Source: the human T2T-CHM13v2.0 reference genome, Homo sapiens. Taken from it: a stretch of DNA of 64,000 nt. Below, one piece after another: positions 52,774 through 64,000 of the stretch. Each line of letters begins with the position of its first letter. Positions within the stretch are counted from its first letter, which is position 1. The stretch lies in assembly GCF_009914755.1 (NCBI RefSeq), contig NC_060933.1; one strand, given 5' to 3'. Under the pieces are notes generated by a model, which was given only the letters and a program-made list of their open reading frames with translations, was not told where the DNA came from and made no database searches. Position numbers and translations under genes: made by a program.

Positions 52774-55507
52774 TTTTTTTTTTACTTTTAAGTTGAGGGG
52801 TACAAGTGCAGGTTTGTTACATAGGTAAACTTGTGTAATGGGGGTTGTTGTACAGATTATTTAATCACGCAAGTATTAAGCCTAGTACTCATTCGTTATT
52901 TTTCCTGATCCTCTCCTTACTCCCACCCTCCACCCTCTGATATGCCCCAGTATGTGTTGTTCCCCTCTATGTGTTCTAATGATTTAGTTTCCACATATAA
53001 GTGAGAACATGCAGGACTTGGTTTTCTGTTCCTGCATTAGTTTGCTAAGGATAATGGCCTCCAGCTCCACCCATGTCCCTGCAAAGCACATGATCTCATT
53101 CTTTTATATGGTTGCATAGTATTCCATGATGTATATGTACCACATTTTCTTTGTTTGGTCTATCATTGATGGGCACTTAGGTTGATTCCATGTCTTTGCT
53201 AATGTGAATAGTGCTGCAATGAACATACCCATACATGTGTCTTTATAATAAAATGATTTATATTTCTCTGGGTATTCTACCCAGTAATGAGATTGCTGGG
53301 TCAAATGGTATTTCTGGCTTTAGGTCTTTGAGGAATTTCCATACTGTCTTCCACAATGACTGAACTAATTTACCCTCCCACCAACGATGTGTATGAATTT
53401 CTTTCTCTCCACGACCTTGCCAGCATCAGTTATTTTTTGACTTTTAATAGTAGCCATTCTCGTTGGTGTGAGATGGTATCTCATTATGACTTTGATTCAC
53501 ATTTTTCTAATGATCAGTGATTTTGATCTTTTTTTCACATGATCGTGCTGCATATATTTTGAGAAGTGTCTGTTCATGTCCTTTGCCCACTTTTTAATGG
53601 AGTTGTTTGTTCTTTTTTCTTATAAATTTGTTTAAGTTCCTTATAGATGCTGGATATGGAACCTTTGTCGGATGCATAGTTTGCAAAAATTTTCTCCCAT
53701 TCTGGAGGTTGTTTACTCTGTTGATAGTTTTCTTGCTGTGCAGAAGCTCTTTTATTGATCACATTTGTCAAATTTTGCTTTTGTTGCAATTGCTTTTGGC
53801 ATCTTCATTATGAAATCTTTGTGCTTGGGTTTTACATTTAAGTCTTTATTCCATCTTGAGTTGATGTTTGTGAATGGTGTAAGTAAGGGGTCCACTTTTA
53901 ATCTTTTGCATATGGCTAGCCAGTTCTCTCAGCACCATTTATTGAATAGGGAGTCCTTTTCCCATTGTTTGTTTTTGTTATGTTTTTCAAAGATCAGATA
54001 GTTGTAGGTGTGTGGACTTATTTTGGGGGTCTCTATTCTGTTCCATTTGTCTATGCATCTACCAGTACCTTGCTGTTTTTGTTACTGTAGCCCTGTAGCC
54101 CATAGCGCTGTAGACCTGTAGCTCTGTAGTATAGTTTGAAGTCAGGTGGCATGATGCCTCCAGCTTTGCTCTTTTTGCTTAGGATTGCCTTGGTATTCAG
54201 GCTCTTTTTTGGTTCTGTATGAATTTTAAAATAGTTTTTTTCTAGTTCTGTGAAGAATCTCAATGGTAGTTTAATAGGAATAAGATTGATTCTATAAATT
54301 GCTTTGGGCAGCATGGCCATTTAAACAATATCAATTCTCTCTGTCCATGAACATGGAATGTTTTTCCATTTGTTTTTGTCATCTCTGATTCCTTTGAGCA
54401 GTGTTTTGTAGTTCTCCTTTGTAGTTCTACAGTGTTTTGTAGAGATCTTTCACCTCCCTAGTTAGCTGTATTCCTAGGAATTTTATTCTTTTTGTGGCAG
54501 TCATGAATGGGAGTATGTTCTTGATTTGGCTCTCATCTTGACTGTTGATGATGTATAAAAATTCTAGTGATTTTTGCACATTGATTTTGTATGCTGAGGC
54601 TTTGTTGAAGTTGTTTATCAGATTAAGAAGCTTTTGGGCTGAGATTGTGAAGTTTTCTAGATATAGAATCATGTCATCTGGAAACAGGGATTGTTTGACT
54701 ATGAAGTTTTCTAGATATAGAATCAGGTTATCTGGAAACAGGGATCGTTTCACTTCCTGTCTTCCTACTTAGATGCCCTTTATTTCTTTGTCTTGCCTGA
54801 CTGCCCTGACTAGGACCTCCAGTACTATGTCAAATAGGAGTGGTGAGAGAAGGCATCCTTTTTTTGTGCCAGTTTTCAAGTGGAATGCTTCCAGATTTTG
54901 CCCATTTAGGATTATGTTGGCTGTGGGTTTGTCGTATATGGCTCTTATTATTTTGAGGCATGTTCTTTCAAAACCTAGTTTATTGAGACTTTTTAGCATG
55001 AAAAGATGTTGAATTTTATCAAAAGCCTTTCCTGCAGTTATTGAGATAATCGTGTGGTTTTTGTCTTCAGTTCTGTTTATGTGATGAATCATATGAAACA
55101 TACGTTGAACTAACCTTGCATCCCAAGAATACATGATTATGGTGGGTAAGTTTTTGATGTGCTGCTGAATTCTGTTTGCCAGTGTTTTGTTGAGGATTTT
55201 TATATCAACGATCATCAAGGATATTGGCCTGAAGTTTTCTTTTTTTGTCATGTCTCTGCCAGGTTCTGCTGTCAGGATGATGCTGGCCTTATAGAATAAA
55301 TTAGGGAGGAGTCCCTCCTTTTCAAGTTTTTAGATTAGTTTCAGTAGGAATGGCACCAACTCTTATTTGTACATCTGGTAAAATTCAGCTGTAAATCTGT
55401 CTGGTCCTGGGCTTTTTTTTTTTTTATTGGTAGGCTATTTATTAATGCCTCAATTTCAGAGCTCATTACTGGTCTGTTCAGGGATTCAATTTCTTCCTGG
55501 TTCAATT
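52774..55507 (-). mobile_element. 5'-truncated LINE-1, L1PA13-like (ORF2 RT region to 3'UTR)
   Basis: Poly-T, 3'UTR GGGGTACAAGTGCAGGTTTGTTACATAGGTAAAC, RT peptides ([11 protein letters not shown]...KAFDKIQH...GCLLSPLLF; [11 protein letters not shown]), TSD GTGGCTA (52767-52773, 55508-55514). Confidence 0.93.
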
Positions 55508-57614
55508 GTGGCTAACTAATTTGGTATCATACGCCAGTGGAAAAGCTTCCAGATTTTCCCATTTAGGATCATGTTGGCTGTGGGTTTGTTGTATATGGCT
55601 CTTATTATTTTGAGGTATGTTCTTTCAAAACCTAGTTCAATCATGTTCCTGGTTCAATCGTGGCTAACTAATTTGATATCATACTCCAGTGGAAAAGCCT
55701 TTTTGATAACTTTTACAGCTTTATGTGAAAAGACCGTGTTTTTTGTATAATGCTACTCAAATGACTGTTCTCATAAACAAACAAAACAATTCTGTTTCTC
55801 AGATATCTTTTTCTCCGTATTTCACAATATCCCTTTAAAAAAATGGCACATAGAACAATGACTCCTGGCCCACACTGTTGATTCCAAACAGATCGACTTT
55901 CAGCATCTTTACACTGTAACTATTTTCTTCCTAAATTTATGATGAGAATGGCTACTGAAGAGCTAGTGAACAAACTTGAAACAAAATGCGTGTCAGGGAA
56001 GAGAATCTACAGATCCTTATCTTTATACCTATAACTTGACAACCCTGTCTCAGAACACCTACCTACATATTCACTATCCTTCAAAATCCTTCATCCTCAA
56101 GCTACTCAAATATAACTATACATATACCCATTAAGTTGAATATGACTATGAATATACATTTTTCTAAGTTTCATAAAAAGATCAATTGCTCTTGGAATCT
56201 TTACATCTTTACACATAAAGGATAAGAGTAAAAAGGCCTGTAAATTGCCTAATGTCAAAGACAGATGGTTAGTAAAGGGTTCATTTGTCTCCACTTATCC
56301 TTGTTTACTGTAAGAGTCTCATTCTCATCTACAGTTGTATTCTTATTTAAACATACTCACCGTACAATACAGCATAACGGCAGTGAATGCCAATGTATAG
56401 GAGGCACACGTTTGTCACTGTTGCTTGGTAACTACTGACAGGTACTGTGGATTGGAGAGTTGGGGTACAAAGCAATAAGTGAAAGTTTTATCAGCTCCAT
56501 TGACTTCAGGTGGGAGAAAACTGTCTTCAATATAAAAATGACTCCTTTGGATTATGAAAAAGATACAGAAAAGTAAGTTTATTTCTCTATTTTTAAAAAT
56601 GAAGCAAAATCAACCATTATATTGTGATAGACCAGTAAGTCATTACATGAAAAATTAGCTGATTGTTGGTAAAAAGAAGAAATGAATATACCTAACAAAT
56701 CAGTCTTTGAGTGTACTCTCATTGTAGTGAGGTGAACTACTGATAATGTTTTTGATCACATTTCTTTTCTCCTTTTTATTTCCAGATTGAGAAAAAAAAA
56801 AGCCTTATTAGACTTCACATTTTAGCATGCATTTTTTTATATTGGTCCAAAACATAAACCTGTTTTGTATTTTAAAGGATTGTATTCCTTTCTCCACAAT
56901 GCATATCATATAGTTGGCAAATATTTTAAAATCATAAACAAAAGAAAAGATTGAAACAAGCATGGCTTGGCCATTACTCTTAATAGGTATTTTAGTTTTG
57001 ACTTTTTCAGATCACATTATTTCATCTGGCTTACTGAAATTGCTATTTCCTATAATGTTTATGGCTATCTCTGCTTATACTTTTCTACCTTTCAGTTTTA
57101 GAACGCTTGTTTCCTTCCAAATATTTACCTTAATTTTTTAGGTTAGGTAGTCAAACATAATCACTCATACATTTACAGAAAAATATATATTTCTAAACAG
57201 GCTATTGTCAGATGTTGCCAGAGATATAAAACATGATATCAGAGAAAAATTCATACCCAACACTTTCAGACTATAATTATATATTCAAAGCTCAAATGCT
57301 ATGGAATTTGAGATTTTGAATCCCATCGCTGATACTTTTAAATACCATCTTTCTAATTACTTCACCCATGAGAAAATATCATGAGCTACATTAAAAAAAT
57401 AAATAAAAAGAAAGAAGACGTAAAGGCAACCCGTACACTTGCTTTCATGAGTTTAGGAGGAGAGTGATTAAATTGGTGGGAGAGGCACAATTATCTGTTT
57501 CTTATTCTGTAACTTGTGTTACATTTCCCACAAAAGAGAAAACTAAATAAAATAGATGATTCTAAAATATTTTTTTCACTTAACAAATGTTCATTCACCA
57601 TTTCCTACATTCCA

Positions 57615-57760
57615 GTACTAGCCTGCTTTTATAGATAAGAAAACAGGTTCTTAGAGATGTTCAATAACTTGACCAGCAATAACTGTTAGCCAGTGATAGA
57701 GCGCAGACAAGACCAAGCCTGTCAATTTGAAGCCTAAAATCTTAACCCCTAAATTTCATT
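57615..57760 (-). mobile_element. MIR remnant
   Basis: TTTTATAGATAAGAAAACAGGTTCTTAGAGATGTTCAATAACTTGACC. Confidence 0.6.
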
Positions 57761-58053
57761 GGCTCTTAGGATCTCAGCTCAGCTGAGGGTCCAAATAAAG
57801 GAATTATTCTATCCTTTTCTGTATTTGACCATAATATTCTGTAGGAACCTGAAATTTCCAGTTCGTGGGTCATTTCTGGAATTGAGTCTGCATTTATAAT
57901 CCAAATTAATGAGATCAACTGCAGCATATTAAGCTGGCATTCTCTCTTTAAATTGTCCACTTTTCCTACTGTTTCATTCTACTTTCATGTTCTGCTGGGA
58001 AGAATTGTCTTTACCTTCCAGATTGGGCAATTTAGCCTAGAAAAAAATAGATC

Positions 58054-58356
58054 TGCTGGGCACGGTGGATTGCCTATAGTAATCCCAGCACTTTGGGTGG
58101 CTGACATAGGAGGATAGCTAAAGACCAGATGCTCAAGAATAGCCTGTGAACATAGTCAGACGCCATATCTACAAAAAGTGAAAAAAAATAGCCAGGCATG
58201 GTGGCTCCTGCAGTTCCAGGTACTGGAAGGCTACTGCGAAAGAATCCCTTGAGCCCAGGAGGTAGAGGCTGCAGTGAGCTATGATCATACCAATGCACTT
58301 AGCCTCTGCAACAGAGTGAGACATTGTCAAAAAAAAAAAAAAAAGGAAGAAAGCAA
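58054..58356 (+). mobile_element. Alu SINE, diverged AluJ-like
   Basis: Sense Alu with poly-A; TSD AGAAAAAA(A)TAGATC (58039-58053, 58357-58370). Confidence 0.9.
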
Positions 58357-60034
58357 AGAAAAAATAGATCCACTCATCATCCAATCTCTGTCAGATTTCC
58401 TTGAATATCTCATAATGAAAGCCATTTAAGTAAGTATAAATTTTACAAACTTAAGTCTTTTATAGAAATGTTGAACTTCTCCATAATTCACTTGCTTTCA
58501 TTCTTTTGTGGAACAGACCCAATCATTGAACACACTTTTGTGGATGAATAACATGGATTGATTTAAGAAACTGACTTTACATGCTCTTAGTTTATTGTAC
58601 TTGATGTAAGCTGTTGAAAGTTGCTTAAGGGAGACTGAAATTTCAGTTCAAAGTTTTCCCATCACAAATTTATGTTATCTAACTTAAAGAGAGTACACTG
58701 TTCCCAGAACACTGTGACTATTTTATTTCAGTATTTTAAAACACTAGAGGTTTAATAGAGGGAAATAAATACATAAATAATTCCAGTTAATACTAGGTCT
58801 TTTATTTTTTGGCTTCTAGCCGTAAACAGAATTCTATACATTTGTCTGGAAAATGCTAGTTAACAGAAGGTTCTCTCTGTCCTTAAAAATTGTGAAGGAA
58901 GACACTTTAAGTAAGGGCAGATAAATTAATAGAGGTCATTAGCTTTGTCATATTTGAATTAGCTATGATTGGTGTTTCTTGATATAACATAATCAGTAAG
59001 AACTCATATGAGTTTAGATTACAGGCAATGATAATATTTAATAATATACCCAGGTAAATAGACATAAAGGAATTCAAGTTTTTACCTGCAAACACTCAAT
59101 CTAGATCTTGACTGAAAACTTGAAATATATTTGATGACATAATCACAATGTTGGGATATCTTGATCTGTCTATAAATGTGGCATAAAAGAATAAACATAT
59201 CATTAACATAGGAGTTGGGATCACTTTTTACCTTTGTTATCAAATAAGTAAAATAACAGTCATAAACAAGTAAAATTAAAATATTTGGTGGAGGGCAACA
59301 AAATCATCTGTAATTTAAAGAAAAAATGTGAAATTCCATTTATTACAATAAGTAACAGATAATCATTTATTTTACATTATAGCTCCTTTGAGTGGTCTTT
59401 GACTAGCTCTCCTCAAACGCTGAATAATCACACTATGTGAGTAATAGGACTGACATTCTGAGGAAGCGTCTGTCTGCAATAGGCACACATTTCAAAGAGC
59501 AAAATCTTCTTGCAAAATATAGCATGGCTATTAGTAGTTATCTATGCTTCAGATGTAAGAGTTCCCTTGGAGAGCCAATCCATAGAGAGACCAATGATGC
59601 CCATTAGACTAACAGATATTTGGAGTTTTGGTCATCCATAGGCTGCCCTTGGTTGTCATTCGGTCTGAAGGACTGAATCTCTCTACCTGAACTTCAGCTT
59701 GATAACTGGGAGTTCATTGTTTATGCATGGACCACTCATATGACCAGTGACTGCTGACTGAGGCCTGTGGTTCCCAGATTAGTTTTTTGCACTAGATCTC
59801 CAATTACCATAGTCAGTGGAGATTTCCAGACTGCTTGGACACCAGGCCTCTTCTGTTTACTAGAACAGCTCTATGGGGTAGATCCACTCTATGTACCGTT
59901 TTTTTTAATTGTTAAAAATGTTTTCATTCTTTGATAACTTAGTTGTGAATCAAGCAAATTTATAACTAGCAAAGAAGCTTTGAGTTATGGAATATCTTTT
60001 TGCATCTCTATTAATGCCAATATATTAATATTAT

Positions 60035-60270
60035 CATTAATAATTCTATTTGTTACTAAGTATGCTAGGCACTCCAAATATGTTTGTGTTTGTTTAAACC
60101 TTACAACAACCATTTAAGGTCAGTGCAATTATTTCTTTTTATCAAATAGGACACTAAGGCATCGAGAGTTCATACATGTCCCACAAGCTCTCATAGTGAG
60201 AAAGTGGCAGAGTCACGATTCAAATCTAAGTGACTTGGCTTCTGAATCTAAACTCTTAGCCACTACATTT
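60035..60270 (-). mobile_element. MIR SINE, near full length
   Basis: TGCTAGGCACT...TTTAAACCTTACAACAACC...ACTAAGGCATCGAGAG...AAGTGGCAGAGTCACGATTCAAATCTAAG...CTCTTAGCCACTAC. Confidence 0.75.
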
Positions 60271-60366
60271 CACTTGTTCTTCAGTTTTACTTTTGATAGT
60301 GTTGCCAACCTAGTAATTCAGAAAATGTGGTAGTATGTCTACAAAGCATTTAGTGAGATATGTTAG

Positions 60367-60670
<304 letters not shown>

Positions 60671-61922
60671 GAGATGTTTTTATCTCTTATTGAGATGGAA
60701 AAGTGTATCCTGAATACTCATTAAATCAGGTAGATTTGTTCCCAGACTCAAGATTTGAGGATCCATTGCTAACCTGGAGGGAAATGTGTTGTTGGCCATA
60801 AGGCTGTTCTCAACAGTTAAGCATATTTATTAGTGACTGTGTTTATATCTGCAAAACAAAATCATCAGACTTCAGATGAAACTGGAAAAGACAGCAAATG
60901 CTTTGAATGCCTGAACTAAAAATATCCTGATAAACTGCAGGAAAGAGCTGAATATCAACAGATGACATTAAATGAGAAAAAACAACAACAAAAAAAACAT
61001 CCTGAACTTTCCTTAAATCTTCACATTATAGATGTGGAAGAAAAGCAGCATCTGTGGGAATGCTTTAGAGACTTCAGGTCTGTGTGAATCACCACTTGGC
61101 TGTGGCCATCACTAAAGATGATCCTTGCACAGGTGGTAGAGAGAAAATCAGACAGTATCTACAATGAAGAAAAATATAGCTCCATTCTATTCTGCTTTTG
61201 TCAAACCACAGTTTTTAATGTTTATTCGTAATTGTACTTTTGAAGGGCATTATAAACACCACAGACATTGTTAGGGAAAGGTAAACAGTTTGGTGAAGAA
61301 TCCCATATTTTTCGAGAATGCTTGAAGAAGGTACAGATATTTGGCTTGGAAAAAAAAATTGTGTCTAAAATACTGTTTTGAAAAGAGCAATTAGAAAGTT
61401 ATTCAATTCTCTTAAGAGTAAAACTAGGGGAACAAAATGGAAGTAACGGGAAGGTGCATTTTTGATCAACATAAGACAAAGTTTTACAAAATCTAGACCT
61501 TCCAACTTAGAAATCAGTGAATCCCCAAGCACAAGATTTAGAGTTATCTTGCCATACAGTTGTAAAGAGAATTCAGGGATAAACCACAGTGTTGGATTAT
61601 ATGTTAATGAAGGTCCCTTTGGAATTGCAAAATGTTAGAGTTTTTTCCCTTGCCACCAGTTTGTTTGTTCCTGAAAATTGAGGTCAGGAAGAGACCTCTA
61701 GAGAGAAAGGATAAGTCCTAGGAAGTCTACAGTAGCTGGACACAGTGAACATCCTAGACCTGGAAGCCCACCTGGCCTCCTTGGGCAGCATAAGCCCTCT
61801 TCTGCTTAAAACCTTTAGATTCTATTCTTTCATCCTCTGTTCCTCTTCTCTGTCTCCCATACCCTAAAGCCTAGTTCACATTTTAAAGGTATCAAAAATG
61901 TGTGGTTGTGGATTTCTTTAAC

Positions 61923-62219
61923 TTTTTTTTTTTTTGAGACAGGGTCTCACGCTGTCACCCAGGCTGGAGTGCAGTGTCATCATCGTGGCTCACTGTAGCC
62001 TCTGCCTCCTGGGTTCAAGTGATTCCCATGCCTCAGACACCTGAGTTGCTGGGATTACAGGCATGTGCCACCACTCTGGGCTAAGTTTTTTATATTTTCA
62101 GTAGACACAGGTTTTCACCATGTTAGCCAGGCTGGTCTCAAACTCCCGGCCTCAAGTGATCCTCCCACCTCAGCCTCCCAAAGTGCTGGGATTATGGGCA
62201 TGAGCCACTGTGCCCAGCT
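61923..62219 (-). mobile_element. Alu SINE, AluJb/Sz-like
   Basis: Antisense Alu; degenerate TSD GATTTCTTTAAC / GATTCCGTTAAC. Confidence 0.9.
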
Positions 62220-62276
62220 GATTCCGTTAACTTTTATGAAAACAACAAGGACTCTGTTATTCATCTGTATATCTCT

Positions 62277-62637
62277 TGATATGCTCTGGCTGTGTCCGCA
62301 CCCAAATCTTACTTTGAATTGTAATTACCCCCACCTGTAAAGGGCAGGACCAGGTGGAGATCGTTGAATCATGGGGCCGTTTTCCCCCATACTGTTCTCG
62401 TGGTAGTGAACAAGTCTCACGAAATCTGATGGTTTTATAAATGGGAGTTCCCCTGCAGAAGCGTCTCCTGCCTGCTGCCATACAAGAGGTGACTTTGCTC
62501 CTCATTCACCTTCAGCCGTGATTGTGAGGTCTCCCCAGTCATGTGGAACTGTGAGTCAATTAAACCTCTTTCCTTTATAAATTACTATACCAGTCTCAGG
62601 TATGTTTTTATTAGCAGCGTGAGAACAGACTAATACA
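62277..62637 (+). mobile_element. MaLR solo LTR, THE1C-like
   Basis: TGATATG..TGGCTGTGTCC start, GAGTCAATTAAACCTCTTTCCTTTATAAATTAC, GAACAGACTAATACA end; near-TSD TCTCT/TCCCT. Confidence 0.88.
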
Positions 62638-62934
62638 TCCCTCTGTTCCTTGAATAGCATCGTCCTGATGATACAAAAGTGGTTCAAGAACTTAGTGTGG
62701 TGTGGTATGATTTCCTCAATGGCTGTTATGGAGCCTTTTAACATGACTCCAAAGAGAGCATTCTTAATGCAGCATCTGCCAGATTTTGGAGAAGAGTTCT
62801 GAACTGCTTACATTATTACCTCAGAGTAGATCTGCACTCCCTTCCTCTGGCTTGGTTCTGTCGGCTAACAGAATCTTATCCTCATTCTCTGAAAACTGGT
62901 AGAAGGATAGAGATAACAAAAGAAGGACTTCACC

Positions 62935-63130
62935 ATCAGTTATGTGCCTGCTGTTTGTTAAACACTGAGTTCCTCTTTTACATTTACTATTGCATTTAGT
63001 CTTCATGCCAAATTTTGAAAGTAAGTATGAACACGTTGATCTTACAGATAAGGAAACTGAAGTTCATCTCAGGGAGAAACTTACTCCCAAGCAGAGTACT
63101 GGCCGGTGTTAGAGCTGAAGTCCCTAATTA
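62935..63130 (-). mobile_element. MIR remnant
   Basis: TTACAGATAAGGAAACTGAAGTTCA core. Confidence 0.6.
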
Positions 63131-63633
63131 CACCCCTCTGATTTTCATCCCACTGAGGGGAGTGGAAATGCGAACAGACGTGGAATGAGTGAGCTTTCAA
63201 AAGTCTAGCTCTTAATTGCTGCAAATCTACTCCCTGTAAAGATCTGCCATTTATAGGCACAAGAATACAAACAACCCCAAAATAATTACCATCAGACCAC
63301 AGGGAATCTGGGAAAGAAGGACAGTAGGAGGGGAAAGTAAGTCTCCAAGCTTCTCTCCGTTCTTTATGTTAAGAATTGTAACAATACAAGTTATCAAAGC
63401 TCCTGAAAGAATTGCACGGATTTTTATTTCAATTTTGCTATATTTTTAAGTTTCTCATTACACATGAGAAGCACAAATCCTGTGAAACTGCAGAAAATAA
63501 AGGCCAGGTTTTTTAACTTTGATCACTACAACCTTGAAATAGATTCTTATTTATGACCTGATCTATTTTTTTGTGGACACTGGGCTAGAATGAAATTAGA
63601 TCTGATTAGATCCTGGAAAAAAAGAAACTAAAC

Positions 63634-63636
<3 letters not shown>

Positions 63637-63670
<34 letters not shown>
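63637..63670. repeat. (AC)n microsatellite
   Basis: Directly visible. Confidence 0.92.
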
Positions 63671-64000
63671 GTTGTTTTAATGATGGTGGATATGCAAGAA
63701 AATAATAAAGAATTTTGACAGGACAGGGTTTTTTTTTTAATTCTTTGCAGCTCAAGTTACTGCTCTCTTACTTGGGCATAGATAGTAGAAATACCTTTTT
63801 AAATGAAAGCATTTAAATGAAGTATGTCCAATGTTGTTGCATAAAATCCCATTTGACTTGATTCTGCTTCTTTCTGATGAACCACATATTTATTTGCTGC
63901 ATCAAGTTCCTTTAGAAAAAGTTATAAGTTTATCAAACACGTGGGCAAATATCAGATAATTGTTATATTCTGTATAATACATAGTTTTATAGTCTACATA

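Noticed and set aside
54427-55251. Reverse-transcriptase-like peptides as a possible novel RT system
   Set aside because: Frameshifted L1 ORF2 remnants with FADD mutated to FPDD; ordinary fossil.
56495-56790. Splice-like signals (TTGACTTCAG..AAGTAAGT; polypyrimidine-CAG at ~56785; also ~8050 and ~51030)
   Set aside because: Such motifs occur by chance in AT-rich DNA; no consistent coding frame or exon chain can be supported without transcript data.

Overview
AT-rich, non-coding primate DNA. An AluY and a young L1PA2/3-like insertion point to human or great ape. It is probably intergenic or deep intronic and is dominated by transposable-element fossils: 10 Alus, several LINE-1 pieces of different ages, two full-length MaLR proviruses in opposite orientation (THE1D-like and MSTA-like), solo ERV1/MaLR/ERVL LTRs, MIR/L2 remnants and microsatellites. 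I could not support any host protein-coding exon, RNA gene, CpG island or CRISPR array. The ORFs with recognisable homology are LINE-1 ORF1/ORF2 remnants; the rest look like chance or repeat-derived frames. I found no credible new biological system. The most notable signals are structural scars: a multi-switch templated insertion at an L1 junction (55494-55698), an apparent inversion of the 5' part of a MER21 LTR inside a nested LTR cluster (45932-48679), a ~6 kb inverted pair of MaLR proviruses, and several local tandem duplications. Subfamily names come from my recall of consensus sequences, not from a database search.
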